A program made the translations under genes and the position numbers. The notes below the pieces were generated by a model. The model had not been told where the DNA came from, did no database searches, and saw only the letters and a program-made list of their open reading frames with translations. A stretch of 34,021 bases of DNA from IMG/VR virus record IMGVR_UViG_3300007004_000008, positions 1-34,021 of that record; one strand, given 5' to 3'. The DNA comes from a virus. Its lineage: Duplodnaviria; Caudoviricetes. Shown here piece after piece: positions 10,092 through 17,704 of the stretch. Position 1 is the stretch's first letter, and each line of letters begins with the position of its first letter.

Positions 10092-10424
10092 TCAGGCGGT
10101 GAGCGTCGGCGTGGCGTTGTAGACGCCAGCGGAACCGTACGACTCGGATGCGGGGAGCGTGTTGCCGGTGTGGAACGTGCCGCCGGAGGAGCCGGTCCAC
10201 AGGCCCCAGTGGGTGATGGTCGCACCGGCAGGGACGCCGATGGCCGCCACGGTGCCGGTCTTGGAGCCACCGGACGCGGGGCTCCACGTGGTCTGTGCGC
10301 GCGTGGAAGAGGCAACCTCGTTCGCGCCGGTCGTGCCCGGGTCCGCACTGTGCACGGAGAGCCATGTGGCCGCCGCGCCGATGGCGTCCAGGGCCACGTT
10401 CTTGGATGCGTTGCTGAACGCCAT
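10092..10424 (-). CDS. small virion structural protein (collar/fiber-associated)
   Basis: 110 aa; VHSADPGTTGANE and THWGLWTGSSGGTF motifs seen in actinophage structural proteins; directly upstream of the adaptor fusion. Confidence 0.65.
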   Translation of the reverse strand: MAFSNASKNVALDAIGAAATWLSVHSADPGTTGANEVASSTRAQTTWSPASGGSKTGTVAAIGVPAGATITHWGLWTGSSGGTFHTGNTLPASESYGSAGVYNATPTLTA

Positions 10425-10452
10425 GTGTCTGTCCTAACTGGATTGTGGGGGA

Positions 10453-10479
10453 ACGGGGTGCGCTGGAGTCACACCCCGT
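10453..10479 (-). terminator. hairpin downstream of major tail gene
   Basis: ACGGGGTG ... CACCCCGT inverted repeat. Confidence 0.4.
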
Positions 10480-10520
10480 CCCGTCTTCACCCACCCAAGG
10501 GTGATCTTGAGGGCCGACGA

Positions 10521-11198
10521 TCAGGCGTCGGCAACAACCGCGAGGAACGCCGGAGCGAGATCCGGGACTGCCGCCTCACGGACGAACTGCCAGACGCGCT
10601 CACCGAACGGGGCGGCGTAGTCCCAGTCACCGATCGGGCCGTCACCCCAGTTCGCGTTCTCCGTGGAGAACCCCTCGAACTCGGGAACCGTGGGGTCCTC
10701 GCCGGACAGCGCGAACGCGCCGGACGGCCGGATGAACGCCCTCGGAACCAGCCAGTGGAAGTACGGGTTCGTGCCCGCGAACGAGCCACCCGTGACCGCC
10801 CGAGTCCAGAACTCCAGGGACACACCGTTGGGAACCGGGTCGGTGCCCACCTCGGGGGCGGCGTAACCGATCTGGTTCGGAGTCGGGGTGGCCGAGTCGT
10901 TGAGGACCGTGCCGCCGATCAGGAACTGAAGGACGTTGGGGTCCGGGGTGCAGAACTGGAACCCGGAGATCGTGCCGCGCTTGAGCGAGCTGGGGGCCTG
11001 GTAGGCCACACAGATCACACCGGCGCCGTTCTTCTGGGTGATCTCCTCGCCGTCGTCGTACTCCAGGCCAAGGTCCACCTTGACCAGGGCGTCCGTCACG
11101 TAGGCGTTGTTGGCGCCCACAAGCGGAGCACCGTTGGCGCCCAACTTGGTGATCCGGGTGCCCAGGGCGAACAGGGTGCCGGAACCGTCGTATGCCAT
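10521..11198 (-). CDS. major tail protein
   Basis: 225 aa; GEEITQKNGAGVIC, FCTPDP, GVSLEFWTRA and NWGDGPIGDW motifs of actinophage tail tube proteins. Confidence 0.85.
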   Translation of the reverse strand: MAYDGSGTLFALGTRITKLGANGAPLVGANNAYVTDALVKVDLGLEYDDGEEITQKNGAGVICVAYQAPSSLKRGTISGFQFCTPDPNVLQFLIGGTVLNDSATPTPNQIGYAAPEVGTDPVPNGVSLEFWTRAVTGGSFAGTNPYFHWLVPRAFIRPSGAFALSGEDPTVPEFEGFSTENANWGDGPIGDWDYAAPFGERVWQFVREAAVPDLAPAFLAVVADA

Positions 11199-11214
11199 CT
11201 TCCTGTCCTCCCGG

Positions 11215-12069
11215 TCAGGCCGAGACCGCGCCCGGGAGGGCGGCCTGGATTGCGAAGTGCGTGCAGGGGTCGAACGTTGCTGCGAACACCCGGTTGGCCC
11301 ACACGGTGCGCCGGTTGATCGAGCGGTCCAAAGTGGACACGGGCTCGATGCCGATATCCACAGAGGCCGTGCGCACCTGAACGGGACCGGTCGCGTACAT
11401 CCACGCGGTCTCGTCCGTGACTGCCTGCCCGGCCGGGCCGGTGCCCGTGTAGCCGGAGTCAGCGATCACGAGCGCGCCCGTCTTGGTGTAGAGCAGGTTC
11501 CCGTTCCGGATCAGTCCGGCGTCCGCGTCGGGGACGAGACGGATCGGCATGTGGATGACCACCTGCTGACCGCCTGCATCGCGCCGTGCCGCCTCCTCCA
11601 AGAGCCCGAGGGCCTCCAGGACGGGGTAAGGCCCGGTGCCCACGGTGGTAGCCGTGGCGCGCGCCAGATAGTTGTTGGTCCTGCCGGTCTCGTCTCGCGT
11701 GTCGTACGTGTTCGCCTGGGTGAGCGTGCCCTCCCAGAGTTCCTCGGCGATCACGTGAGATGCCACGGCATCGGCCATGCGCTCCACGCGCGAGGTGTCG
11801 AACTCACCACTGAGCGTGGTGCATTCGTCCCGCACGCGGTACGCCATCGGCCGGTAGTACTCCAGGCCGTTGCCATCGGCGGCCGGGGCGCTGTTCAGCG
11901 TGTCGCAAGGGTCGTACCCCTGCCACGTGGGACAGCGCTCGGTCCGCCACGCGAACCCGTTCACCCAGTCCTGATCGGACTCACCGCGCGGCCGGATGGC
12001 CGACACGAGCAGTCCAGACGTGGGCGCGGCGGCCTGTACCGGCTGGACCTCGGTGAAGATCATCACCAT
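11215..12069 (-). CDS. major capsid pentamer protein (second capsid protein)
   Basis: 284 aa directly after the main capsid gene; WMYATGPV and FAATFDPC motifs; arrangement like cluster-B-type hexamer/pentamer pairs. Confidence 0.7.
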   Translation of the reverse strand: MVMIFTEVQPVQAAAPTSGLLVSAIRPRGESDQDWVNGFAWRTERCPTWQGYDPCDTLNSAPAADGNGLEYYRPMAYRVRDECTTLSGEFDTSRVERMADAVASHVIAEELWEGTLTQANTYDTRDETGRTNNYLARATATTVGTGPYPVLEALGLLEEAARRDAGGQQVVIHMPIRLVPDADAGLIRNGNLLYTKTGALVIADSGYTGTGPAGQAVTDETAWMYATGPVQVRTASVDIGIEPVSTLDRSINRRTVWANRVFAATFDPCTHFAIQAALPGAVSA

Positions 12070-12101
12070 GTCCTAACCCCTCCTCAGGGTCATGGGGGGA
12101 G

Positions 12102-12125
12102 CGGAGCCCGCGCTGGCGGGCTCCG
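12102..12125 (-). terminator. hairpin after the major capsid gene
   Basis: CGGAGCCCGC-gctg-GCGGGCTCCG perfect 10-bp stem 14 nt after the stop. Confidence 0.6.
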
Positions 12126-12139
12126 TCCTCCGAGCCGGG

Positions 12140-13837
12140 TCAGTCCGTGAAGGCCGTGGAGATCGTGCCCGCCGTGGAGCCGGTCGGCTGGACCTCCATG
12201 TTCAGGCGCAGCGTCTCCACGCCCTTGAACGCCACACCCTCGAACGTCTCCATGAACGTCCGGTAACGGTTCTTGGCGTTCAGCGTGGAGTCCCGGACCA
12301 GACCGAGGTCCAGGATGCCGCCGTCCAGGTACAGCCACTCGCCCTCCACGAACAGGACGGCGTCGATCCGGTCGATGAAACCGGGGATCGCCGAGTTCGC
12401 GGTGACGTTCGCGTACACCTGAGCCGGAACGTTCGGCGTCACCGTGGCGTCGGCCGCGAGGCCGTCCAGGTGGAAGGTGATGTTGACGCCGCGCGCCCGG
12501 AACCAGCCCTGGATGGTCGCGTCCGCGACGGCCAGCGCCTCCAGGTCACCGGCGAAACCACGCGTGAGGTCCGCGCGGAACAGCTCCTTGACCCAGGCAG
12601 GCAGGATCATCCGGAGCGGGACCATGCTGTCCAGGCGGTGCTTGGACCGGTAGTACGCAATGGTCTTGTCCAGGTTCACCAGCACGTCCCGGACGGCCGA
12701 AACAGCCTTGGCCGCCGTGAGGTGCTTGGAGCCCGCCAGCAGGCGCTGGAGGAGCTGGTTCTCCGCGAACCGGGCGTGAGCCACGTCCGCCGCGCGGTTG
12801 GTCGCGTCGGTCCACTCCCGGTCGAACCGGGTGGTGATGTTCGGGAACTCCAGGCAGAGGTACGTGGAGTAGATCGTGGCCTCGGACAGGCCGGGGCACT
12901 CCACGACGAAACAGGACTTGGTGGGGTCCGGAACGTCCGGGTCCTCCACGACGCCCACGGCCTCGTCGTCGTCCAGCGTCCAGACGCCCAGGCCCGAGGA
13001 CATGGAGAGCGCGTCGAACGGCGCACGCCACTGGATGCCGCCGCGCTCCACACCGAACCGGGTCAGCGCGTCGCGAATCGGGCGCGCGGTGACGCCCACG
13101 TTCGCGATGGCGTAATCGGTCTCCAGGGGGGCGCAGAGACCACCGGCGGCCACGAGGGCCTCCTGGCCGGTCGCCGCCTCGATGCGCTCCGTGTTGACCG
13201 CCCACGAGTCCTTCGTGAGCATGCGCTCCGCCGGGAACTCGGACTGGATGCGGGCCACGTGGTAGCGGCCGTCAGCAGAGGTCCGGTTCAGCGTGTTGAA
13301 CCGCTCGGACATCGCCGTTGCCAGCTGGACGCGGTCGATCTGCTGACCAGCCTCGAACCCGGGGATGTTGCCCTGGACTCGCGCGGTCGTGACGACGCGT
13401 CCCGCCTTCCTGGCCGGGGGCTTGTTACCCGCGCGCTTGGCCGACATGGAACCGACGCGCTTGCGGGGCTTGGCACCGGCGGTGACGGCGTCCTCCTTGG
13501 GAGCCTCTTCACCCTCGGGCGCCTCCTCCTCGCCGTCCTCCTCCTCGTCGCCCTCGGTCTCGGCGGGGACCTCTTCCGGGGTCTCCTCCTCTTCCGGGGT
13601 CTCCTCGGCGAAGTTCGCGAGGGCAGCGGCCTGGCGGTCGGCCAGCTCGGTGCGGCGCGTCTGCTCGGCCTGGATCTGCGAACGCGCGGCGGCCAGTGCC
13701 TCCAGGCGCTCGACGTTCTCAGTCGTCGCGGCGGTCGAACGCAGTTCCTGGGCGTTGGCGCCGATGGCGGCCAATGCCTCTCCCAGCTCCGCGTCCGTAG
13801 CCTCCGCGAGACGGGCCAGGATGGTCTCGAAGTCCAC
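12140..13837 (-). CDS. major capsid (hexamer) protein with N-terminal scaffold-like region
   Basis: 565 aa; helical/acidic N-terminus; ALVAAGGLCAPLETDY and LDLGLVRDSTLNAKNRY motifs typical of this actinophage capsid family. Confidence 0.88.
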   Translation of the reverse strand: MDFETILARLAEATDAELGEALAAIGANAQELRSTAATTENVERLEALAAARSQIQAEQTRRTELADRQAAALANFAEETPEEEETPEEVPAETEGDEEEDGEEEAPEGEEAPKEDAVTAGAKPRKRVGSMSAKRAGNKPPARKAGRVVTTARVQGNIPGFEAGQQIDRVQLATAMSERFNTLNRTSADGRYHVARIQSEFPAERMLTKDSWAVNTERIEAATGQEALVAAGGLCAPLETDYAIANVGVTARPIRDALTRFGVERGGIQWRAPFDALSMSSGLGVWTLDDDEAVGVVEDPDVPDPTKSCFVVECPGLSEATIYSTYLCLEFPNITTRFDREWTDATNRAADVAHARFAENQLLQRLLAGSKHLTAAKAVSAVRDVLVNLDKTIAYYRSKHRLDSMVPLRMILPAWVKELFRADLTRGFAGDLEALAVADATIQGWFRARGVNITFHLDGLAADATVTPNVPAQVYANVTANSAIPGFIDRIDAVLFVEGEWLYLDGGILDLGLVRDSTLNAKNRYRTFMETFEGVAFKGVETLRLNMEVQPTGSTAGTISTAFTD

Positions 13838-13998
13838 CGTGGGTTCCTCTCGTGTAGGTCGGTCGTCGGGGACATGCTGGCCGGTCGCTAGGCGTCCTGA
13901 CCGGGCTCCGCTCCACTAGGTGGTGCAAACGCCACTAGGCCCCGTTCTGCGCACACCGTAACGGCGTGGCAGGCCGGGGCCTGGTGGAGTTGCGGGGA

Positions 13999-14550
13999 CT
14001 ACTGGGCGGGGCTGTTGGCGCCCTCGTCGCCCTCCTCCTCACCGCCGAGGTACTGCATGTGCACGGACACGCTCAGGCTGCACACGGCGACCGTGGCCAC
14101 GTACAGGTAGGCCTGGGGGATCATCGGGAGCGGAAGCTCCTTGTGGATGGCCTTGAGCACGTTGGCCGCGCCCTCGTCGTTCTGGGAGCACGTGAGCTTG
14201 AACCACTCGCGCGCGGCCGTGGTGACGACCATCGAACGCGGGTCCCGCTTGAGGATCTCCTGGTGTGCCTCGGGGATCTCACCCTCGGTGACGGGGACCG
14301 TGGAGTCCACGTGGGTGTGGATGTACCGGCTCACCTCGAACAGGACGCCACGGAGGGCGGCCGTCACGTCCTCCTCCTCGGTCAGCGTGGTGAGCGTGCC
14401 CAGTGCGTTGGTGGTGAACGCCGTCGTCAGGCCCGGGTCACTGGTGACTACGAGCGAGGCCGAGGCGATGAGGTCGTGCAGGCCGCCGGACAGCAGGGCC
14501 GGGGCGTTCTCGTTGCGCAGGAACGGGTTCGTGGCGTTGTCGTCGATCAT
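13999..14550 (-). CDS. hypothetical protein
   Basis: 183 aa ORF with GAGGAG RBS and normal phage codon pattern. Confidence 0.6.
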   Translation of the reverse strand: MIDDNATNPFLRNENAPALLSGGLHDLIASASLVVTSDPGLTTAFTTNALGTLTTLTEEEDVTAALRGVLFEVSRYIHTHVDSTVPVTEGEIPEAHQEILKRDPRSMVVTTAAREWFKLTCSQNDEGAANVLKAIHKELPLPMIPQAYLYVATVAVCSLSVSVHMQYLGGEEEGDEGANSPAQ

Positions 14551-14566
14551 CGGGTAACTCCTCGTG

Positions 14567-14941
14567 TCAGTTGCCGCAGGTGCTACCGATGCACGGCCCC
14601 GGGGTGGGAGTCCACGGAGTCGGGGTCATCGGCTGGGTGGTGGTGACCACCGGCGGCGGAACAGTGGGAACCGTGGTCGTGGGGACCACGGGCGGAACGT
14701 TGGGGGTCGTCGTCACCAGCACGGGGGCCGGGGGCGGCGTGGTGGTCGTGGGCACCTCGGGCGGCGTCACGGTGGTGGTGCTGGTCTCCGTGGTGCCAGT
14801 GGTGTCCGTGGTCGGCGGGGAGTACGGGTCCGTCTGCACGGTCACGGGCAGGGGCGAGGAGGGGAGCGTGACGGCCGCTGCAACACCCAGACTGCCGAAC
14901 GACAGCAGGGCGGCGGCCACGATCGCAAGAGGCTTGTTCAC
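14567..14941 (-). CDS. secreted/membrane-anchored Pro/Thr-rich protein
   Basis: N-terminal hydrophobic segment KPLAIVAAALLSFGSLGVAAAV, then PTTT-rich chain and C-terminal CIGSTC; start GTG 14941 or ATG 14950. Confidence 0.6.
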   Translation of the reverse strand: MNKPLAIVAAALLSFGSLGVAAAVTLPSSPLPVTVQTDPYSPPTTDTTGTTETSTTTVTPPEVPTTTTPPPAPVLVTTTPNVPPVVPTTTVPTVPPPVVTTTQPMTPTPWTPTPGPCIGSTCGN

Positions 14942-14957
14942 GCCCCCCATCCTCCCA

Positions 14958-15302
14958 TCACTTGCGGGGCTTCCTGCCCCCGTTTGCGCAGTAGTTCGAG
15001 TGCGGTTCGTGCAGGGGGACGCTGTTGCGCCGTGCGCCTGCCAGCTGGCCGGACGGAAGTTCCACGGCGTGGAGCCGGTGTCCGTTGCGCGTGTAGTGGA
15101 CCTCCAGCTCCGGCTTGCGCGGAGGAGAGACCGCCACGGCGGTGGCCGTCCAGGTGCCGCCGGTGGTGGGTTCGCACTCCAGGTACTGCACGCGCGGCCA
15201 CGTGGCGGCCGTGGGCTTGCTCTTGGACGGGTGGTAGGCCAGCACATCAGCGCGGCACCCGGCCGGGCACTTCTCCACGAACGGCTGAAGGGAGTCCTTC
15301 AC
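14958..15302 (-). CDS. hypothetical protein, possible Zn-binding
   Basis: 114 aa; N-terminal CPAGC and C-terminal HSNYC; GTGA overlap. Confidence 0.6.
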   Translation of the reverse strand: MKDSLQPFVEKCPAGCRADVLAYHPSKSKPTAATWPRVQYLECEPTTGGTWTATAVAVSPPRKPELEVHYTRNGHRLHAVELPSGQLAGARRNSVPLHEPHSNYCANGGRKPRK

Positions 15303-15730
15303 GAGAGGTCCACCTTTCCGCCGTGCTTGTGGGCGAACCGGATCTTGGTGGCGGCGTCACGGAGGACGGCCCGAACCTCGCCGGACGGGTGGCTGGTGGA
15401 CAGGCGCGCGAGTTCGGCGGCCACTTCCTCCATCGCGTCCAGGCGGATCTGGGCGTGCTCCAGCTTCTCGGCCTCGCGTGCGTAGTCGATCTCGGTCACG
15501 GTGCCGTCCAGGGCGGTCACGTTGACCACGTCGTCCAGGTAGTCCGACAGGGACAGATCGGCGGCGCACTGGTGACAGAGGGAGCCCTCGGCGCGCTGGT
15601 AGGCGGTGTCTCGGGCCTCCTCCACCGTGGCGGCCTCCTCGCCACCGATGATGATCGACTCAGTGGCCACCCGAGAGAGAATGACCTCGTACGACTTGGC
15701 GCGGACCTCGGCGACCTCGGGCGTGCTCAT
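15299..15730 (-). CDS. hypothetical protein
   Basis: 143 aa; CHQC motif; ATGA overlap. Confidence 0.6.
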   Translation of the reverse strand: MSTPEVAEVRAKSYEVILSRVATESIIIGGEEAATVEEARDTAYQRAEGSLCHQCAADLSLSDYLDDVVNVTALDGTVTEIDYAREAEKLEHAQIRLDAMEEVAAELARLSTSHPSGEVRAVLRDAATKIRFAHKHGGKVDLS

Positions 15731-16194
15731 GCGTCGCTCCTCAGGGCGTTGGTGATGTAGTCGGGGGCCATGTCCAGGAGCAGCTCCTGGAGGGCCACGC
15801 GGCCGGGGATCTCGTCCAGGGCGATGACCAGCTTGGCGCGCAACGTGACGGCGGCCTGTCGGGTGAGCGCCTCGGGGTCCTCGGTGAACTGCTGGAACTC
15901 GCCCGCCTTGAGGACGGGGGGCTTGGCCTCGGGCACGGGCTTGGAGATGAGCACGAGCGACCGGTGGGCGGAGACGACCTTGACGGGCTGACCGGCGACG
16001 ATGGCGCCGAACACACCAGCGGCGTAGGCCAGCACGGCCTCGGGGTCCTGGAGGACGGCGTCCATCGCGTCCACGGGGGAGTCCACGTACGTGGGCGTGA
16101 GTCCCAGGTCCTTGAGCTGCTCCCGCAACTCGAACGTGGGTCCCAGCACGATGAGGTGGCGGGAGGTTCCCGCCGGATGCTTGGGTGGGGTCAT
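15727..16194 (-). CDS. hypothetical protein (probably leaderless)
   Basis: 155 aa; ATG 6 nt downstream of a TAGATT -10 box. Confidence 0.6.
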   Translation of the reverse strand: MTPPKHPAGTSRHLIVLGPTFELREQLKDLGLTPTYVDSPVDAMDAVLQDPEAVLAYAAGVFGAIVAGQPVKVVSAHRSLVLISKPVPEAKPPVLKAGEFQQFTEDPEALTRQAAVTLRAKLVIALDEIPGRVALQELLLDMAPDYITNALRSDA

Positions 16195-16200
16195 GCCGTC

Positions 16201-16268
16201 AATCTACCCCCCGGGGCGGGGGGTGCGCAACGGCCCGGTGTGTCGGGGTGGCTCACCGGGCCGTTGCG
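16201..16268 (-). promoter_or_regulatory. repeat module copy 1: 15-bp-stem hairpin + promoter TTGCGC-N18-TAGATT with palindromic spacer
   Basis: -10 at 16201-16206, -35 at 16225-16230; spacer ACCCCCCGGGGCGGGGGGT identical to the copy at 32091-32109; stem 16226-16240/16254-16268. Confidence 0.75.
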
Positions 16269-16273
16269 GTCCA

Positions 16274-17704
16274 TCAGTCGAGGAGGGCCAGCGCGCGCTC
16301 CTTGCGCGCCTCCAGCTCCTCCTCGGCCAGCTTGTCCAGCACCGCGAGGGCGGCCAGCTGGCGCCTGTTCAGCTCGTGCCGGGCGTCCAGCTTGGCCAGC
16401 ACCGACTCGGCCACCTCGTCCGCGAGGCGCGCGCGGTTCACGAACGCCTCGCCCTTGGGCGTCGGGTGCAGTGCCCCGGCCGCCACGAGGGCCTGGACCT
16501 CGCCACCGGCCACGAGCGAACGCGGCACGGGGAACCCGGGCGTGTTCACGTGCAGGACGGCCACCAGCTCCAGGCCTCCGCGCACCGGCCGCCAGTCACC
16601 CGAGGGTGGGGTGGCCTTCAGCTTCTGCACGTCCGCACCGGGGGCCACGATGCCGTGAACCCAGATACCGTGATCGTCCTCGCCTGCCTTGACGAACGCG
16701 CCCAGGGTGGCCGTGTTGTCGTAGTGGGAGGCGGCGGCGCTGGCGTTGTCCTGGAGGGACGCGTGCCCGGCGTCGTAGGTCAGCCTGCCCACGGGGATGG
16801 AGCGAACCTCGCCGTCCACGTGGTCGATCACGTCCAGCGCGCCGGTGTGGAAATAGGCGTACTGGGTGCGCGACCGGGGCGCCGTGCGGCACTGGCCCTG
16901 GAAACCGATGTGGCAGGTCTCCCAGGTGGCGATGTGCCCGTACACCTCGCGGAACCCGTCCTCGTCCGCGTCACCGATCGTGAGCGGCGTCGGGCCGTCC
17001 AGCTCCAGGTCATCGAAGCACTGACGGGGCGGGAGCTTCTCCTCCGTGTCGGCGGACGCCGTGATGGCACCGGCGGCACACGGGAGGCACTCGTCCCCGA
17101 CCTCGGCGGCACGCCACGTGGGGAACGCGGACGCCACCAGCTCGGCGGGCATGTCGTCGGCAGGCGTGATCTCCTCGCCGTCCAGGATGATGTAGGCCTC
17201 CGCGAACGCGGGGAACGGGCACACGGTAGTACCCGAGATGAACCCCTTGGTCAGCCGGATCTGTTCGAGATCGGCCATGCCGTTCTCGTCCTCGGGACCC
17301 CAGATCATCTCGGCCTCGGTGCCGGACAGGTCCGCCGAGTTGCCGGTGAGGTACCGCTTGCGGATGAGGCCAGCGGAGGCGGCGTCCGCGTCGATCTCGC
17401 CGGAGCCGGACCAGACGAACACGCCTTCCGGGAAGGGCTGGCCGGTCTGGCGGTTGATCACGTCCGGGCCGTTGTGCCGGGTGAGCACGTCGATCCGGCC
17501 GATGACCTCGGCCCCCGCGTGGCCGTCTCCGCCCTCGGGGTTGCGGGTCATGGACAGGATGGGCAGCGGCATGGCGCGAGGCTCCAGGGCGCCCGGCTCG
17601 ATGAACCGGCCGTCACTGGTCTCCATGCCTTCCACGATCACGACGGGGAACGTGACCGGGATGCCGGGCTTGTCCTCGCTCGTGGTCTCGTTCTCGTCGT
17701 CCAT
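16274..17704 (-). CDS. capsid maturation protease
   Basis: 476 aa; EGMETSDGR, GHAGAEVIGRID, VYGHIATW, SGDWR and VNTPGFPV motifs; between portal and capsid. Confidence 0.8.
   Translation of the reverse strand: MDDENETTSEDKPGIPVTFPVVIVEGMETSDGRFIEPGALEPRAMPLPILSMTRNPEGGDGHAGAEVIGRIDVLTRHNGPDVINRQTGQPFPEGVFVWSGSGEIDADAASAGLIRKRYLTGNSADLSGTEAEMIWGPEDENGMADLEQIRLTKGFISGTTVCPFPAFAEAYIILDGEEITPADDMPAELVASAFPTWRAAEVGDECLPCAAGAITASADTEEKLPPRQCFDDLELDGPTPLTIGDADEDGFREVYGHIATWETCHIGFQGQCRTAPRSRTQYAYFHTGALDVIDHVDGEVRSIPVGRLTYDAGHASLQDNASAAASHYDNTATLGAFVKAGEDDHGIWVHGIVAPGADVQKLKATPPSGDWRPVRGGLELVAVLHVNTPGFPVPRSLVAGGEVQALVAAGALHPTPKGEAFVNRARLADEVAESVLAKLDARHELNRRQLAALAVLDKLAEEELEARKERALALLD

Noticed and set aside
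14567-14860. GTGGTG/ACCACC-rich stretch as a DNA tandem repeat or contingency locus
   Set aside because: Explained by Thr/Pro codons of the exported protein; there is no exact repeat unit.
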